From the NCBI GenBank assembly GCA_963815255.1, contig CAWFGH010000009.1, forward strand, positions 132,541 to 196,540: 64,000 nt of DNA, read 5' to 3'. Positions 54,617 to 64,000 of the stretch are shown piece by piece. The notes under the pieces were generated by a model that saw only the letters and a program-made list of their open reading frames with translations, was not told the origin of the DNA and searched no databases. Made by a program: the position numbers and the translations under genes. The DNA is from an uncultured delta proteobacterium (GTDB lineage: Bacteria; Desulfobacterota; Binatia; Binatales; Binataceae). Numbering within the stretch: position 1 is the stretch's first letter; every line of letters begins with the position of its first letter.

Positions 54617-55813
54617 TTATGGGTTCGGTTGTGGCGCGGCTGTCGGCGCGGGATTCGTCGCGCCGGCTGCGGGCGGGGCGCTGCCGACTGCCGGGCTGTA
54701 ATTCATCGGCTCGGCCGGCGGTGGCACATAGCTCGGCGAGGCCGTGGTGCCGAACGGATGCGACACGCTGTAGACGCCCCTGAACAGCGAGAAGCCCCAT
54801 CCGTTCGCACTCACCAGGTTAGTAGTCTTGTCGTAGAGCGACGGATCGTTGATCAACAGCCCGAGCGTGCCTTGCCGCCCGTTGATCTTGTCGAGCACCT
54901 CGCGCATGTCGTCCGAGGAGCGGCGCAGGTTGCTCATCACCTGGCCTGCGTACCTCTGGTCTTCCATCAATTGCGGTAGCAGGCCGTTGGCAGTGTTCAT
55001 CCGCGCCACCAGGTCGTGAAGCTGAAACGAAGTCTGATCGAGGCGTGCCGAGGCCGTGCGCATCGACTCCGCCGCGCTGCTGATATTCTCCACCACTTGC
55101 TTGCCGTTGTTCTGCGGACTCAGCATCGCGCCGATCACGCCCTGGCCGCGATTGACGCGATCTACCGCGAGCTCAAGTTTGTCGGTTAGTTTCTGCAGGT
55201 TGTCCAGCGTCTCTCTCATCGAAGCCAGGGTGAGCGTCTTTTCCTGCGGGTTGGAGGGGCCCCTGATAAGCTCAGCCAGGATTCCGTGACCCTCGTTGGC
55301 CGAATCGAGCAACTGACGCATCGAGTTCGAGATCGCGATTACGTTGGCGACCAGGTCGCCGGTGCCGCGGGTCTGCAGTAGCGACTGATAGTTGAACGGA
55401 TCCTGACTCTTCAGCAATGCATTCGGACCCACAGAGGGCGCGTCGGGCGAGCCCGCCGTCAGGAGCAGGAACTTGTCGCCCAACAACCCCAGCGATTCGA
55501 TTTTGGCTACCGAGTCGGTGCGCACGCGCTCAACCGCGTTGGCTTCTATGCTGAGGCGCACGACGACGTAGTTGGCGCGCTGGTCGGGCGGAAACTGAAT
55601 CGAGGCGACCGAGCCGATGTTCACGCCCGAGAGATGCACCGGCGCTCCGACTTGCAGCCCGTTGACGCGCTGGAAACGCGCCGTCAGCTCCTCGGTGCCG
55701 CCGAGCCATCGTAACCCTCCGCCGATCGAAAAGATCGCGCCCGCGAGGATCGCGATGCCGAGCACCATCACGATCCCCACGCGCACTGCATGACCGCCTT
55801 GTTGTTCCGCCAT
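54617..55813 (-). CDS. mlaD: MCE/MlaD family protein with a long helical extension
   Basis: TM, GLQVGAPVHLSGVNIGSV, GLLGDKFL and repeated G.GxLxxL helical segments. Confidence 0.85.
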   Translation of the reverse strand: MAEQQGGHAVRVGIVMVLGIAILAGAIFSIGGGLRWLGGTEELTARFQRVNGLQVGAPVHLSGVNIGSVASIQFPPDQRANYVVVRLSIEANAVERVRTDSVAKIESLGLLGDKFLLLTAGSPDAPSVGPNALLKSQDPFNYQSLLQTRGTGDLVANVIAISNSMRQLLDSANEGHGILAELIRGPSNPQEKTLTLASMRETLDNLQKLTDKLELAVDRVNRGQGVIGAMLSPQNNGKQVVENISSAAESMRTASARLDQTSFQLHDLVARMNTANGLLPQLMEDQRYAGQVMSNLRRSSDDMREVLDKINGRQGTLGLLINDPSLYDKTTNLVSANGWGFSLFRGVYSVSHPFGTTASPSYVPPPAEPMNYSPAVGSAPPAAGATNPAPTAAPQPNP

Positions 55814-55850
55814 GGTTTGAAATCTCCCTGATAGCGTGCCGCGCGCCGGT

Positions 55851-56597
55851 TCAGAACGCGGCCTTGAGAAACTCCTGCATCAATTCGTCGCGCGTGTTGC
55901 GTACTTCCTGCGCGGTCCCTGAAAAACGTATGCGCCCGTGATCGAGCAGGGCGAAACGGTCGCCCACCGTGAATGCGCTTTTGAGATCGTGCGTCACCAC
56001 CACCGAAGTAAAGCCAAGCCGCCGCTGCAGGCCGCGGATCAGCCCATTGATGTGGACGGTGACGATCGGATCGAGTCCCGTGGTCGGCTCGTCGTAGAGC
56101 ACCGCGCGCGGCTCCAGCGCGATCGCTCGCGCCAGCGCGACGCGCTTCTTCATTCCGCCCGACAACTCCGCCGGATAAAGCCGTTCGGTGCCCTTCAGAT
56201 CGACCATCGCGAGCAATTCGGCGACGCGCGCGGCGATCTGCGGCTCGCTAAGCGTGACGTGCTCGCGCAGTGGATAGCTGATATTGCCGTACACCGTCTG
56301 CGAGTCGAACAGCGCGCCGAGCTGAAAGACCATCGCCACTTTCCGGCGCACGTCGTAGAGCTGGTTTTCATCCAGCCCGCTGAGCGAGCGCCCTTCGATC
56401 CAGACCTCGCCGCGGTCGGGCGCGATCAGGCCGTTTAAGTGGCGCAGGATCACGCTCTTGCCTTCGCCGCTGCCGCCTAACACCACCAGCGTCTCGCCCT
56501 CGTGGACGTCGAAATCGACGCCCTGCAGGACAGGTTTGCCGTTGAAGCTCTTGTACAGCCCGCGCACGCTGATGTACGGACGCGCCTCGTCTTTCAT
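55851..56597 (-). CDS. mlaF: ABC ATPase MlaF
   Basis: GGSGEGKS, MVFQLGALFDS, LSGGMKKRVALAR, YDEPTTGLDP and VTHD. Confidence 0.9.
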   Translation of the reverse strand: MKDEARPYISVRGLYKSFNGKPVLQGVDFDVHEGETLVVLGGSGEGKSVILRHLNGLIAPDRGEVWIEGRSLSGLDENQLYDVRRKVAMVFQLGALFDSQTVYGNISYPLREHVTLSEPQIAARVAELLAMVDLKGTERLYPAELSGGMKKRVALARAIALEPRAVLYDEPTTGLDPIVTVHINGLIRGLQRRLGFTSVVVTHDLKSAFTVGDRFALLDHGRIRFSGTAQEVRNTRDELMQEFLKAAF

Positions 56598-57352
56598 CCG
56601 AGCGCCATGAACAACTTGGTCAAAAAGAAATCCGACACCAGCACGCCGATCGACGCCGCCACCACCGCCGAGGTCGTCGCGCGTCCCACACCGTCGGCGC
56701 CGCCGGTCGCGCCAAGACCTTTGCTGCACGCGATGATCGAGATGAGGAAACCGAAGAACACCGCCTTGCCCAGGCCACTCGTGAGATCGCCCAGGCGCGT
56801 GTTCTGCACCATCGAGGAGAAGAAATAGCCCGCGCCCAGGCCGAGCTGGGTGACCGCGATCAGCAGCCCGCCGACCAGCCCGACCGCGTCCGAGATGACG
56901 GTCAGCACCGGCAGCATCAGCACCGTCGCCAGCACCCGCGGTACCACGAGCTTCTTGACCGGGCTGGTCGCCAGCGCGCGCATCGCGTCGATCTGCTCGG
57001 TCACCTTCATGCTGCCGAGCTCGGCCGTGATGCCGGCGCCTACGCGCGCGCCGATCATCAGCGCGGTCAGCACCGGACCCATCTCGCGGAACAGCGACAG
57101 CCCCATGATACGGCTGATATAAATCTTGGCGCCGAAGCGTGCGAGGAACTGTCCCATCTGCAGCGCGAGCACCATCCCGGTAAAAATTGCGGTAAGATTG
57201 ACGACGTTGAGCGAGCGCACGCCCACGCTGTCGAGTTGTTCGACCAGCAAACCGCCCTCGAACGGGCGGCGGAGCGCCTGGCGGACGCATTCGCGAGTCA
57301 GCAGACCGATGTCGCCGAGCTGTTCGAGGAAACGCTTGAAAGCTTGAACCAT
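56594..57352 (-). CDS. mlaE: ABC permease MlaE
   Basis: FTGMVLALQ, REMGPVL, AELGSMKVTEQIDAM and GADGVGRATT. Confidence 0.93.
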   Translation of the reverse strand: MVQAFKRFLEQLGDIGLLTRECVRQALRRPFEGGLLVEQLDSVGVRSLNVVNLTAIFTGMVLALQMGQFLARFGAKIYISRIMGLSLFREMGPVLTALMIGARVGAGITAELGSMKVTEQIDAMRALATSPVKKLVVPRVLATVLMLPVLTVISDAVGLVGGLLIAVTQLGLGAGYFFSSMVQNTRLGDLTSGLGKAVFFGFLISIIACSKGLGATGGADGVGRATTSAVVAASIGVLVSDFFLTKLFMALG

Positions 57353-57436
57353 CGTTTAGCCGCGGCCAACGCCGAGCGTAAGTGAAGCCGCGCGGTGCGG
57401 CAACCGCTTCGCGGCGCCGCGCGGGAGGAAATTGCG

Positions 57437-57790
57437 ATGAGCACGCCGGATCCGGATAGCGACGGAGCACTGTTCGTTTACGGCTCGTTGCTTGATGCGG
57501 CGCATCGCGCCGCGCTGCTCGGGCGCGAAGTCGCCGCGGCACCGGCCCGGTTTGAAGGCTACGAGCGCCGGCGCGGCCGCTACTTTTATATTGTCGAGCG
57601 CGCGGGCGTCGAGACCCCGGGCCTGGTGCTGAGCGGACTTGGCGAGCGCGATTTCGCGGTGCTCGATCATTACGAGGAAGTGCCACGGCTGTATACGCGA
57701 GTGAAAGTCGAAGTCACGAGCGCCGACGGCGCGGCGCTCCGATGCTGGGTTTACCTGCCCACGCCCTCGCTGCTCGCGACCGGGACTTGA
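57437..57790 (+). CDS. Gamma-glutamylcyclotransferase (AIG2-like)
   Basis: LFVYGSL, LDHYEE..LYTRVKV and CWVY. Confidence 0.85.
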   Translation: MSTPDPDSDGALFVYGSLLDAAHRAALLGREVAAAPARFEGYERRRGRYFYIVERAGVETPGLVLSGLGERDFAVLDHYEEVPRLYTRVKVEVTSADGAALRCWVYLPTPSLLATGT

Positions 57791-57804
57791 GAATGGCGCG
57801 GCGC

Positions 57805-59226
57805 TTATGCTTTGGCGTCGGCCGGCTGCGCGCGCCCGTCGGGTTTCTTGATCCCGAATTTGTCCAGGCGGTACTGCAGGGTGCGATAGCTCATCCCGAG
57901 CATCTTGGCCGCCTTGGCGATTACCCATTCCGCACGTTCCATCGCTTGCAGAATCAGGTCGCGCTCGAGATTCTCGAAGTTGATACCCTCGGCGGGCATC
58001 TCGAAACGTTCTGAGCGCGGCCGCTCGACGCCGCGTGCGGGCATCTTGCGCGCCAGCACCTCCTGCGGCAGATCCTTGGGCATAATGCGGTCGCCTTCGC
58101 AGAGCAGCAGCGCGCGTTCGATCGCCGATTCGAGCTGACGCACGTTGCCCGGCCACGGATAGTCGAGCAGCACTTCCATCGCTTCGCGGCTGATCTCTTT
58201 GACCCGATTTTGCGCCAAATGGGCGAAACGGTTCTTGAGCGCGTTCTCAGCCAGCAGCGGGATGTCCGAGCGGCGATCGCGCAGCGGCGGCAGCGTGATG
58301 GTGACGACGTTGATGCGGTAGTAGAGGTCTTCGCGAAAGCGTCCCTGGGCGACTTCCTCGGACAGGTCGCGGTTGGTGGCGGCGACCAGGCGCACGTCAA
58401 CCCGGATCGATTCGTTGCCGCCCACGCGGCGCAGCTCGCGCTCCTGCAGCACGCGCAGAATCTTGGCCTGCAGGCCGATGTTGAGGTCGGCGATCTCGTC
58501 GAGGAACAGTGTCGACTTGTCGGCGCTCTCGATAAGCCCGATCTTGCGCTCGTTGGCTCCGGTAAAGGCTCCGCGCTCGTGGCCGAACAGTTCGTTTTCG
58601 ATCAGGCTGTCGGGAATCGCCGAGCAGTTGATCGCCACGAACTGGCGCGTCCCGCGCGGCGACAGTTTGTGGATCGCGCGCGCGATGACCTCCTTGCCGG
58701 TGCCGCTTTCGCCCTGGATCAACACCGTCGAATAAGACGGCGCAACCTTGCGCACCACGCGGATCACGTCCTCGATCGCGGGATGCTGCCCGATAATGCC
58801 CTCGACCTGGAATTTCCCCTCAAGCCGCGTGCGCAACAGGATGTTCTCCTGCGTGAGGCTCGCGAACTCGGCCGCCTTGCCGACCGTCATCACCAGCTTC
58901 TCGCGGTCGGTCGGCTTGGTCAGGTATTCAAAAGCGCCGCTCTTGGTCGCCTTCACCGCGCTCTCGATCGTGCCGTGCGCGGTCAGTAATACCACCTGGC
59001 TGCCCGGATAAGTCTGACGCACCGCGGCGAGCAACTCTTCGCCCGTCATCCCGGGCATCATCAGGTCGGTCAGCACCACGTCGAAGCTGCCGAGCGCGAG
59101 CTGCTCCATCGCGCGCATGCCATTGGGCGCCTCGTCGACCAGGAAGCCTTCCTCGCGCAGAGTGTCGGCGGTTATCTGCCGCTCCAGGTCGTTGTCCTCG
59201 ACCACCAATACCGACGGTTGGCTCAT
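57805..59226 (-). CDS. Sigma54-dependent response regulator (NtrC/AtoC family)
   Basis: Receiver domain (VED, TDLMMP, KP), GESGTGKE, GAFTGA, FLDEI, WPGNVRQL and a Fis-type HTH. Confidence 0.95.
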   Translation of the reverse strand: MSQPSVLVVEDNDLERQITADTLREEGFLVDEAPNGMRAMEQLALGSFDVVLTDLMMPGMTGEELLAAVRQTYPGSQVVLLTAHGTIESAVKATKSGAFEYLTKPTDREKLVMTVGKAAEFASLTQENILLRTRLEGKFQVEGIIGQHPAIEDVIRVVRKVAPSYSTVLIQGESGTGKEVIARAIHKLSPRGTRQFVAINCSAIPDSLIENELFGHERGAFTGANERKIGLIESADKSTLFLDEIADLNIGLQAKILRVLQERELRRVGGNESIRVDVRLVAATNRDLSEEVAQGRFREDLYYRINVVTITLPPLRDRRSDIPLLAENALKNRFAHLAQNRVKEISREAMEVLLDYPWPGNVRQLESAIERALLLCEGDRIMPKDLPQEVLARKMPARGVERPRSERFEMPAEGINFENLERDLILQAMERAEWVIAKAAKMLGMSYRTLQYRLDKFGIKKPDGRAQPADAKA

Positions 59227-60695
59227 GTATGTCTACCTAGTGCGCCGAGCGGCAGGATGAAAGTCACCGTGGTGCCGCGTCCGGCCGGGTTGGAGCCGAT
59301 CCTGATCGTGCCGCCGTGGCGTTCGACGATCGCGCGCGAGAAGAACAGGCCCAGGCCGATGCCTTCGCGCTTGGTGGTGAAGAACGGCTCGAAGACGTGG
59401 CTCGCGACCTCGGGGTCGATGCCCGCGCCGGTGTCGGAGAAAGTGATCACCTCGTTGTCGCCGTCGCGCCTGAACGCGACTTTGAGTTCTCCACCCTCGG
59501 GCATCGCTTGGATCGCATTCGCCACCACGTTGATGAAACAAGCGTGAAGCTTCTCGGCGTCGACGTTTAGTATGACCGGCGCCTCGGCGCCTTGCTGGAG
59601 CGCCTGGATCGATTGGCTGCGCAGCTTGGAGTCCGACAACTCCAGCACGTTGCCGACCAACGCGCGCACGTCGCTGGGCGCGGGATGGACCTCGATCGGG
59701 CGGCCATAGTTCAGGAAGCTCTGGATCAGCTCGGAGAGGCGATGTACCTCGTCCTTCATGATTGCGAGCTGGCGGCGATAGTTGTCCTGGTCGTTTTGCT
59801 GCTGTGGCGCGTAGCGCGCACGCAGCTGGTCGATCGCCAGGCTGATGAAATTCAGCGGATTCTTGATCTCGTGCGCCAATGCGCCGGCCAGCTGGCCGAG
59901 CGCGGTAAAGCGCTCGAGCCGGTTGAGCTCGGCCTCGCGCTCGCGCGCACGGCGCAACTGGTCGACCATCTCGTTGAAGCTGCGCGTGAGCAATCCGATC
60001 TCGTCGCGTCGATGCGCCTCGGGTACCGGTTCAAGGCCGCGGGCGGCGATGTTTTGTGCGGCGGCGGCGACCGCGTGGATCGGCTCGACGTAGCGATCGG
60101 CGAGCACGTAGGAGAAGACCAACCCGATCGCGAAGATCGCCAGCGCGACCGTCAACAGGTGGATGCGATGCTCCTCGAGCGGGCGGGCGAAGTCGGCGAA
60201 ATCGGCCACCACCTGGACGTAGCCGAGCAGGTGGTCCTCGACTTCGACCGGAATCAGGTAGACGGTCTGCTCGCCGGCCGGACCTACCGTGAAGGCCGGC
60301 ACGGGGAGCGGGTCGGCGGCCCCATGCACCGCCGTCTGCGCCGCCACGACGTGGACGGCGCCGCGGTTGATCGCCTCGCCGATCAGCGCCGGATTGGAGC
60401 TGTTGATGATCAGGTCCTTGCTCGACGCGATCGAGACTTCGAGCCCGTTGTTGTGGAGCGAGTTGACGTAGTTCTGCAGGCGATCGCGATCGAACGTGCC
60501 GACCGAGGTCAGCTCCTGCACGCTGATCTGGATCGCGCTCGCGAGTTCCTTGACGTTGTCCTGGGTGGCCTCGACGATGCGGTTTTGGGTGTTGAGGCTG
60601 ACCAGCAATTCGGCGCCGAGGGTCAGCCCCAGCAGCACCACCATCAGGGCCATAAGTTTGGCTTTGAGATTAAGCGCCGGAAGTCTGAATGCCAT
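59223..60695 (-). CDS. HAMP-domain sensor histidine kinase
   Basis: Two TMs, DEIGLLTRSFNEM, AHEIKNPL, NAIQAM, DTGAGI, FEPFFTTK and GLGL. Confidence 0.95.
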   Translation of the reverse strand: MAFRLPALNLKAKLMALMVVLLGLTLGAELLVSLNTQNRIVEATQDNVKELASAIQISVQELTSVGTFDRDRLQNYVNSLHNNGLEVSIASSKDLIINSSNPALIGEAINRGAVHVVAAQTAVHGAADPLPVPAFTVGPAGEQTVYLIPVEVEDHLLGYVQVVADFADFARPLEEHRIHLLTVALAIFAIGLVFSYVLADRYVEPIHAVAAAAQNIAARGLEPVPEAHRRDEIGLLTRSFNEMVDQLRRAREREAELNRLERFTALGQLAGALAHEIKNPLNFISLAIDQLRARYAPQQQNDQDNYRRQLAIMKDEVHRLSELIQSFLNYGRPIEVHPAPSDVRALVGNVLELSDSKLRSQSIQALQQGAEAPVILNVDAEKLHACFINVVANAIQAMPEGGELKVAFRRDGDNEVITFSDTGAGIDPEVASHVFEPFFTTKREGIGLGLFFSRAIVERHGGTIRIGSNPAGRGTTVTFILPLGALGRHT

Positions 60696-60697
60696 CG

Positions 60698-60752
60698 TAA
60701 ATAAATTCGATATAAGTGATTTCGAGACAAATAGTTTCTATAAATAATTTCG
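60698..60752. promoter_or_regulatory. AT-rich tract with four degenerate 12-bp direct repeats upstream of the kinase
   Basis: TAAATAAATTCG (60698), TAAGTGATTTCG (60713), CAAATAGTTTCT (60728), TAAATAATTTCG (60741). Confidence 0.55.
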
Positions 60753-60829
60753 GATCCGCTTTACAGATGCGGTTCGTCCGGCCGAAAAAAAGACATACGC
60801 GAGCGGCGTGCGAGCGCAACTCGTATCGG

Positions 60830-61442
60830 CTAGGTCGGGGTTCCCCCATGTTCGCGCGTGAACATCAGCATCCGCATCGCGATAACGCCGAGTGAGAGCG
60901 CCACCACCAGCCACACCAGCTTTTCGACCCCGCCGATATATCCCAGCACCACTTCGATCTGGCCGCCGAAGAGGTAGCCGAGCGTGACTACTATCGGCAC
61001 CGAGATGACCGCGCCGGCCAGGTCATACAGAAAGAAGCGCAGCGGGTTCACGCCGAACGAGCCGGCGGTCAGATAGACCAGCGCGCGCAGGCCGGCGACG
61101 AAGCGCGCGTACAGGATCGCCCGATGGCCGTGGCGCTCCATGAAACTCTTGAGCCAATCGATCTGGCGTTGCGAGCGCGGCCGCCCGATAACCGAGGTAC
61201 TTGACCAGCCCGGTGCCAAAACGTCGGCCCAGGAAGAACAGCAAGTTGTCGCCCGCGACCACGCCCACCAGCGCGACCAGCAGCGTTATCGGGTACTGGA
61301 TGACTCCGCGATGCACCAGGAAACCGCCCGCCAGCAGCGCCACGTCCTCGGGTATAGGCAGGCCCATCCCGCACAATATCAGGACCACCAGCAGTCCAAG
61401 GTAAGTGAAGTGCTGGATGTAAGCCGAGACCAGATCTGTCAA
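60830..61442 (-). CDS. DedA family membrane protein (apparent frameshift near 61190)
   Basis: GLPIPEDVALLAGGFL and GDNLLFFLGRRFG in one frame; ARFVAGLR...AG...RFFLYD in the other. Confidence 0.88.
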
Positions 61443-61445
61443 ACG

Positions 61446-61890
61446 TCAGTTCCCTTGCGCGTAATGTTCGCGCAGAACGCGGCGGATCTGTTCGACCGGG
61501 AGCCCCTCGTCGGCGAGCTTGGCGGCCTCGAGCGCTTCGCTGGTGCAGATCGGGCAATGCGAACCGTGCTCGTCGCGATAGCAGTCGAGCAGGTTTTGAT
61601 GCCCCATTTCCTTGTCGCATCCGCAGTAGCAGTGAAGCTGCGCGAGCAGCGCCGGATTTTTCTCCGCGACTTCGTAGGCCTGGCGCGCCGCCCCGAAGAA
61701 GCGCGCGGGATCGAGCGTCGGCGCGCTCGCCCTTGGCGGTTGCGGCCGCCGGATCAGCCGCCGAGCGCATCGTCCACGCGACCGCGCCTATCGAGAGGAC
61801 CGCCACGGCGGCCACGGCCGCGACTATCCAGGTTCGCTTGCTTCGCTTGCTTTGTTTACCGCCGGTTGGCGGTTTTTTGGTCTTGGGCAT
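61446..61890 (-). CDS. PCYCGC-motif family membrane-anchored protein (apparent frameshift near 61735)
   Basis: N-terminal TM in ORF 61069-61899. A frame not listed in the ORF track reads TLDPARFFGAARQAYEVA...LAQLHCYCGCDKEMGHQNLLDCYRDEHGSHCPIC...EHYAQGN*. Confidence 0.8.
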
Positions 61891-61915
61891 GATGCTCACC
61901 CGATCACTCGGATTA

Positions 61916-62641
61916 CTATAGCATTTCCACGACTTGCGGGTCGCGCCGCATGAAACTGTAGAGCGCGGCCGGGCGATGGGCGCCGCGGCGCGTGGCCGGC
62001 AATCGGCGCAGGATTCCCATCGAGAGAATCCGCCGGCGAAAGTTGCGCCGGTCGATCGGCCGCTTGAGGATCATCGCATACAGCGCCTCCAGTTCCGCGA
62101 AGGTGAAGGTCTCAGGCAGCAAATTACACGCGATATTGGTGTACTCGAGCTTCGCCTTGAGCCTTCCGAGCGCATACTGCGCCATCTGTTGATGATCATA
62201 CGCAAGCGCGGGCAGCGCCGAAACCTCGAACCAACGCCCGTCCTGGTACTTGCCGCCCGGCGCCGCGGCACTGCGCGCGTCCGCGATCAACGCCATGTAG
62301 GCCACCGAAACGACGTGGGCGCGCGGGTCGCGCGAGGGATCGCCGAAGGTGAAAAGCTGCTCCAGGTAGGCCTCGCGGATGCCGGTCGAGGCGAAAAGCT
62401 CGCGATGCGCCGCCTCGTCGAGCATCTCGCCCATCCGCACCAGGCCGCCGGCGAAGGCCCATCGCCCACGGACCGCGCCGCGGCGCAACTGCACGAGATA
62501 GGTCTTGAGCCGGCCGCCCTCGACCGCGAACACCACCGTGTCGACGGCGACCTTGGGGCGCGCGGCACGATCGCTTCGCGCGGCGGCGGGGTCGGCGGCC
62601 TCGTTCGCCCTTCGCGATGGCGGCAGCGATTCAGAGTTCAC
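61916..62641 (-). CDS. nrtR: NrtR-like regulator (Nudix + winged HTH)
   Basis: VAVDTVVF, LEQLFTFGDPSRDPR..VVSVAY, LAYDH, DRRNFRRRI and HRPAALY. Confidence 0.85.
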   Translation of the reverse strand: MNSESLPPSRRANEAADPAAARSDRAARPKVAVDTVVFAVEGGRLKTYLVQLRRGAVRGRWAFAGGLVRMGEMLDEAAHRELFASTGIREAYLEQLFTFGDPSRDPRAHVVSVAYMALIADARSAAAPGGKYQDGRWFEVSALPALAYDHQQMAQYALGRLKAKLEYTNIACNLLPETFTFAELEALYAMILKRPIDRRNFRRRILSMGILRRLPATRRGAHRPAALYSFMRRDPQVVEML

Positions 62642-62773
62642 CGGCGCAAGTATATCCGCCGGATTGCGTCCCGTTCAAAAAGGAAGCGCAGACCCTAAGC
62701 GGCCCCTGGCCGCAGCGGCGGTATCGTGAACGGCCCGTCCGCGTTTCCAGCCAAAAGCACACGCATCCCTCTG

Positions 62774-64000
62774 TTAACGCGTGCAGTTGATATAGGTCCA
62801 GCAGGCGTCGAACTCCGTGCGGCCGCCGAACAGCGTATCTATCGCCTGCCGAATCAATGAGAGCCGGTCCGCGATCGCTTCCGCAGTGGGCGCCCGTCCG
62901 TCGACTTTCTCATTTCCGCCGGCCCATCCGAGCACCGCGTCATGGTATGCGGTCAAAAATTCGTACCAGTCGTCGACGCGGGCGCGGATATTGTGCTCGG
63001 TCACTCCCTCGATCTGAAAGCCGGCGCTTCTGAGCGTGTTCAGGTAAAAATCGAGCCGCCGCGGTTCGACGAACACGCGATTTCTAAACGCGCTGTGCGC
63101 TTCCATGCGCTCACCGTCATCGAGAACCGCTCGATACGCTGCATAGCGGGGATCGCTCCGCACGATTCCCTCCGCCAGATCATTTATGACCCACACCGTT
63201 TCATCGAGGATCCACTGATTTGGCTTGGCGCGGGGATTGCGGATATTTCCGGAATTGATGAACAACTTGCCACCGGGCCGCAGGACGGAAGCCCATGCGG
63301 AAGCGGTTTCCTCCAGGTCGGTGTAGAGATGGACCGCATTGGTGCAGGCGATCGTGTCGACTCCGCGCTGAAGCAGCGGCGGGCTCAACACTTCGTCGAT
63401 TCGCTGCACGCGCTTGTGCTCCTTCAGGAAGCGCAGGAGCCGAAAAGCAACGCGTGGGTCGGCGGCGAACTTCTCATGCGCGACGCGCAAAAAGCGCGGG
63501 GAACTGTCCGCGATAAGGATACCGGCCGGGCGGTCGAAAATTCTCAACTTGAGACGATCGAGGAGGATTCCGGTTCCGCCCGAGTAATCCACCATGATGT
63601 CGCCGTCTTTCAGATTGCCGGCTAGTTCCTCGACGATCGGATCGAGGTTGCGATACCAACTGTGACGCTCCACCTTGTCGTAGGCCAGGCCGAAACGGTC
63701 CACCGGCTGGTGAGTCCAATCTTCGTCAGGAATCCGATCGAAGCCGCTCGGCCACACGAATGACGCGTGCTGATCCGAGGACGAGACCACCGGCTGCGCG
63801 ACATCGGCGTGCAGCTTGAGCAGGTCAGGAACGATCCGCTCCGGCTGCCGGCCCCATCCGCATACGGTGGCGGCGCCGAATCCGTCAACCACGGACCGCG
63901 CCATCCTGATTCGCCGCAACGCGCCCTCGAGTCCGTCCGACGGATCGATTACTCCGAGGTAAAGCTCGGTTTCCGCACGCAGCATCAACGCGGCCATCGG
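62774..64000 (-). CDS. Fusion protein, 5' truncated: C-terminal end of a MetE/UROD-like domain plus a class I SAM methyltransferase
   Basis: The frame is open to the window edge. ETELYLGVID...RRI...FGAATVCGWGR, a linker, then VDYSGGTGIL, IADSS, CTNAVHLY and LRPGGKLFI. Confidence 0.7.
   Translation of the reverse strand, partial: PMAALMLRAETELYLGVIDPSDGLEGALRRIRMARSVVDGFGAATVCGWGRQPERIVPDLLKLHADVAQPVVSSSDQHASFVWPSGFDRIPDEDWTHQPVDRFGLAYDKVERHSWYRNLDPIVEELAGNLKDGDIMVDYSGGTGILLDRLKLRIFDRPAGILIADSSPRFLRVAHEKFAADPRVAFRLLRFLKEHKRVQRIDEVLSPPLLQRGVDTIACTNAVHLYTDLEETASAWASVLRPGGKLFINSGNIRNPRAKPNQWILDETVWVINDLAEGIVRSDPRYAAYRAVLDDGERMEAHSAFRNRVFVEPRRLDFYLNTLRSAGFQIEGVTEHNIRARVDDWYEFLTAYHDAVLGWAGGNEKVDGRAPTAEAIADRLSLIRQAIDTLFGGRTEFDACWTYINCTR

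Noticed and set aside
55851-57686. 611-aa ORF as an extended ABC ATPase
   Set aside because: The N-terminal part is an off-frame read of mlaE; mlaF starts at 56597 with an ATGA overlap.

Overview
A GC-rich (roughly 65% by eye) chromosomal segment of about 60 mostly housekeeping and metabolic genes. The gene repertoire (DUF1329 plus RND pair, ATPase-TPR cyclase-type protein, many acyl-CoA enzymes, LLM oxidoreductase) suggests a deltaproteobacteria-like lineage such as Candidatus Binatota; this is inference only. Main blocks: alaC-hom-thrC-apgM-glpX; a lower-GC methyltransferase/GT2/GT-C cassette; a crotonase/acyl-CoA dehydrogenase/B12 mutase operon; queA-tgt-yajC-secD without secF; FTR1 with a Fur-type box; hbd; greA; fadD/RND/ctaA/ctaB/DUF1329/tyrS; frdABCD; mlaEFD; a sigma54 two-component pair; nrtR-PCYCGC-dedA; and a truncated methyltransferase fusion at the right edge. 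I saw no rRNA, intact tRNA, CRISPR array, integrase or transposase. About ten single-base frameshifts, including in tyrS and thrC, look like long-read errors. Best leads: (1) a MetE-like Zn-barrel domain fused to a SAM methyltransferase; (2) a GlpX with several catalytic residues substituted, next to an ApgM-type putative homoserine kinase in a thrB-less operon; (3) a B12 mutase with isobutyryl-CoA mutase signature residues; (4) a candidate ~95-nt sRNA beside a stand-alone sigma-region-4-like protein; (5) nested REP elements and recurrent short duplications at gene boundaries. No single novel system can be proven from the sequence alone. All family assignments come from motif recognition, not database searches.
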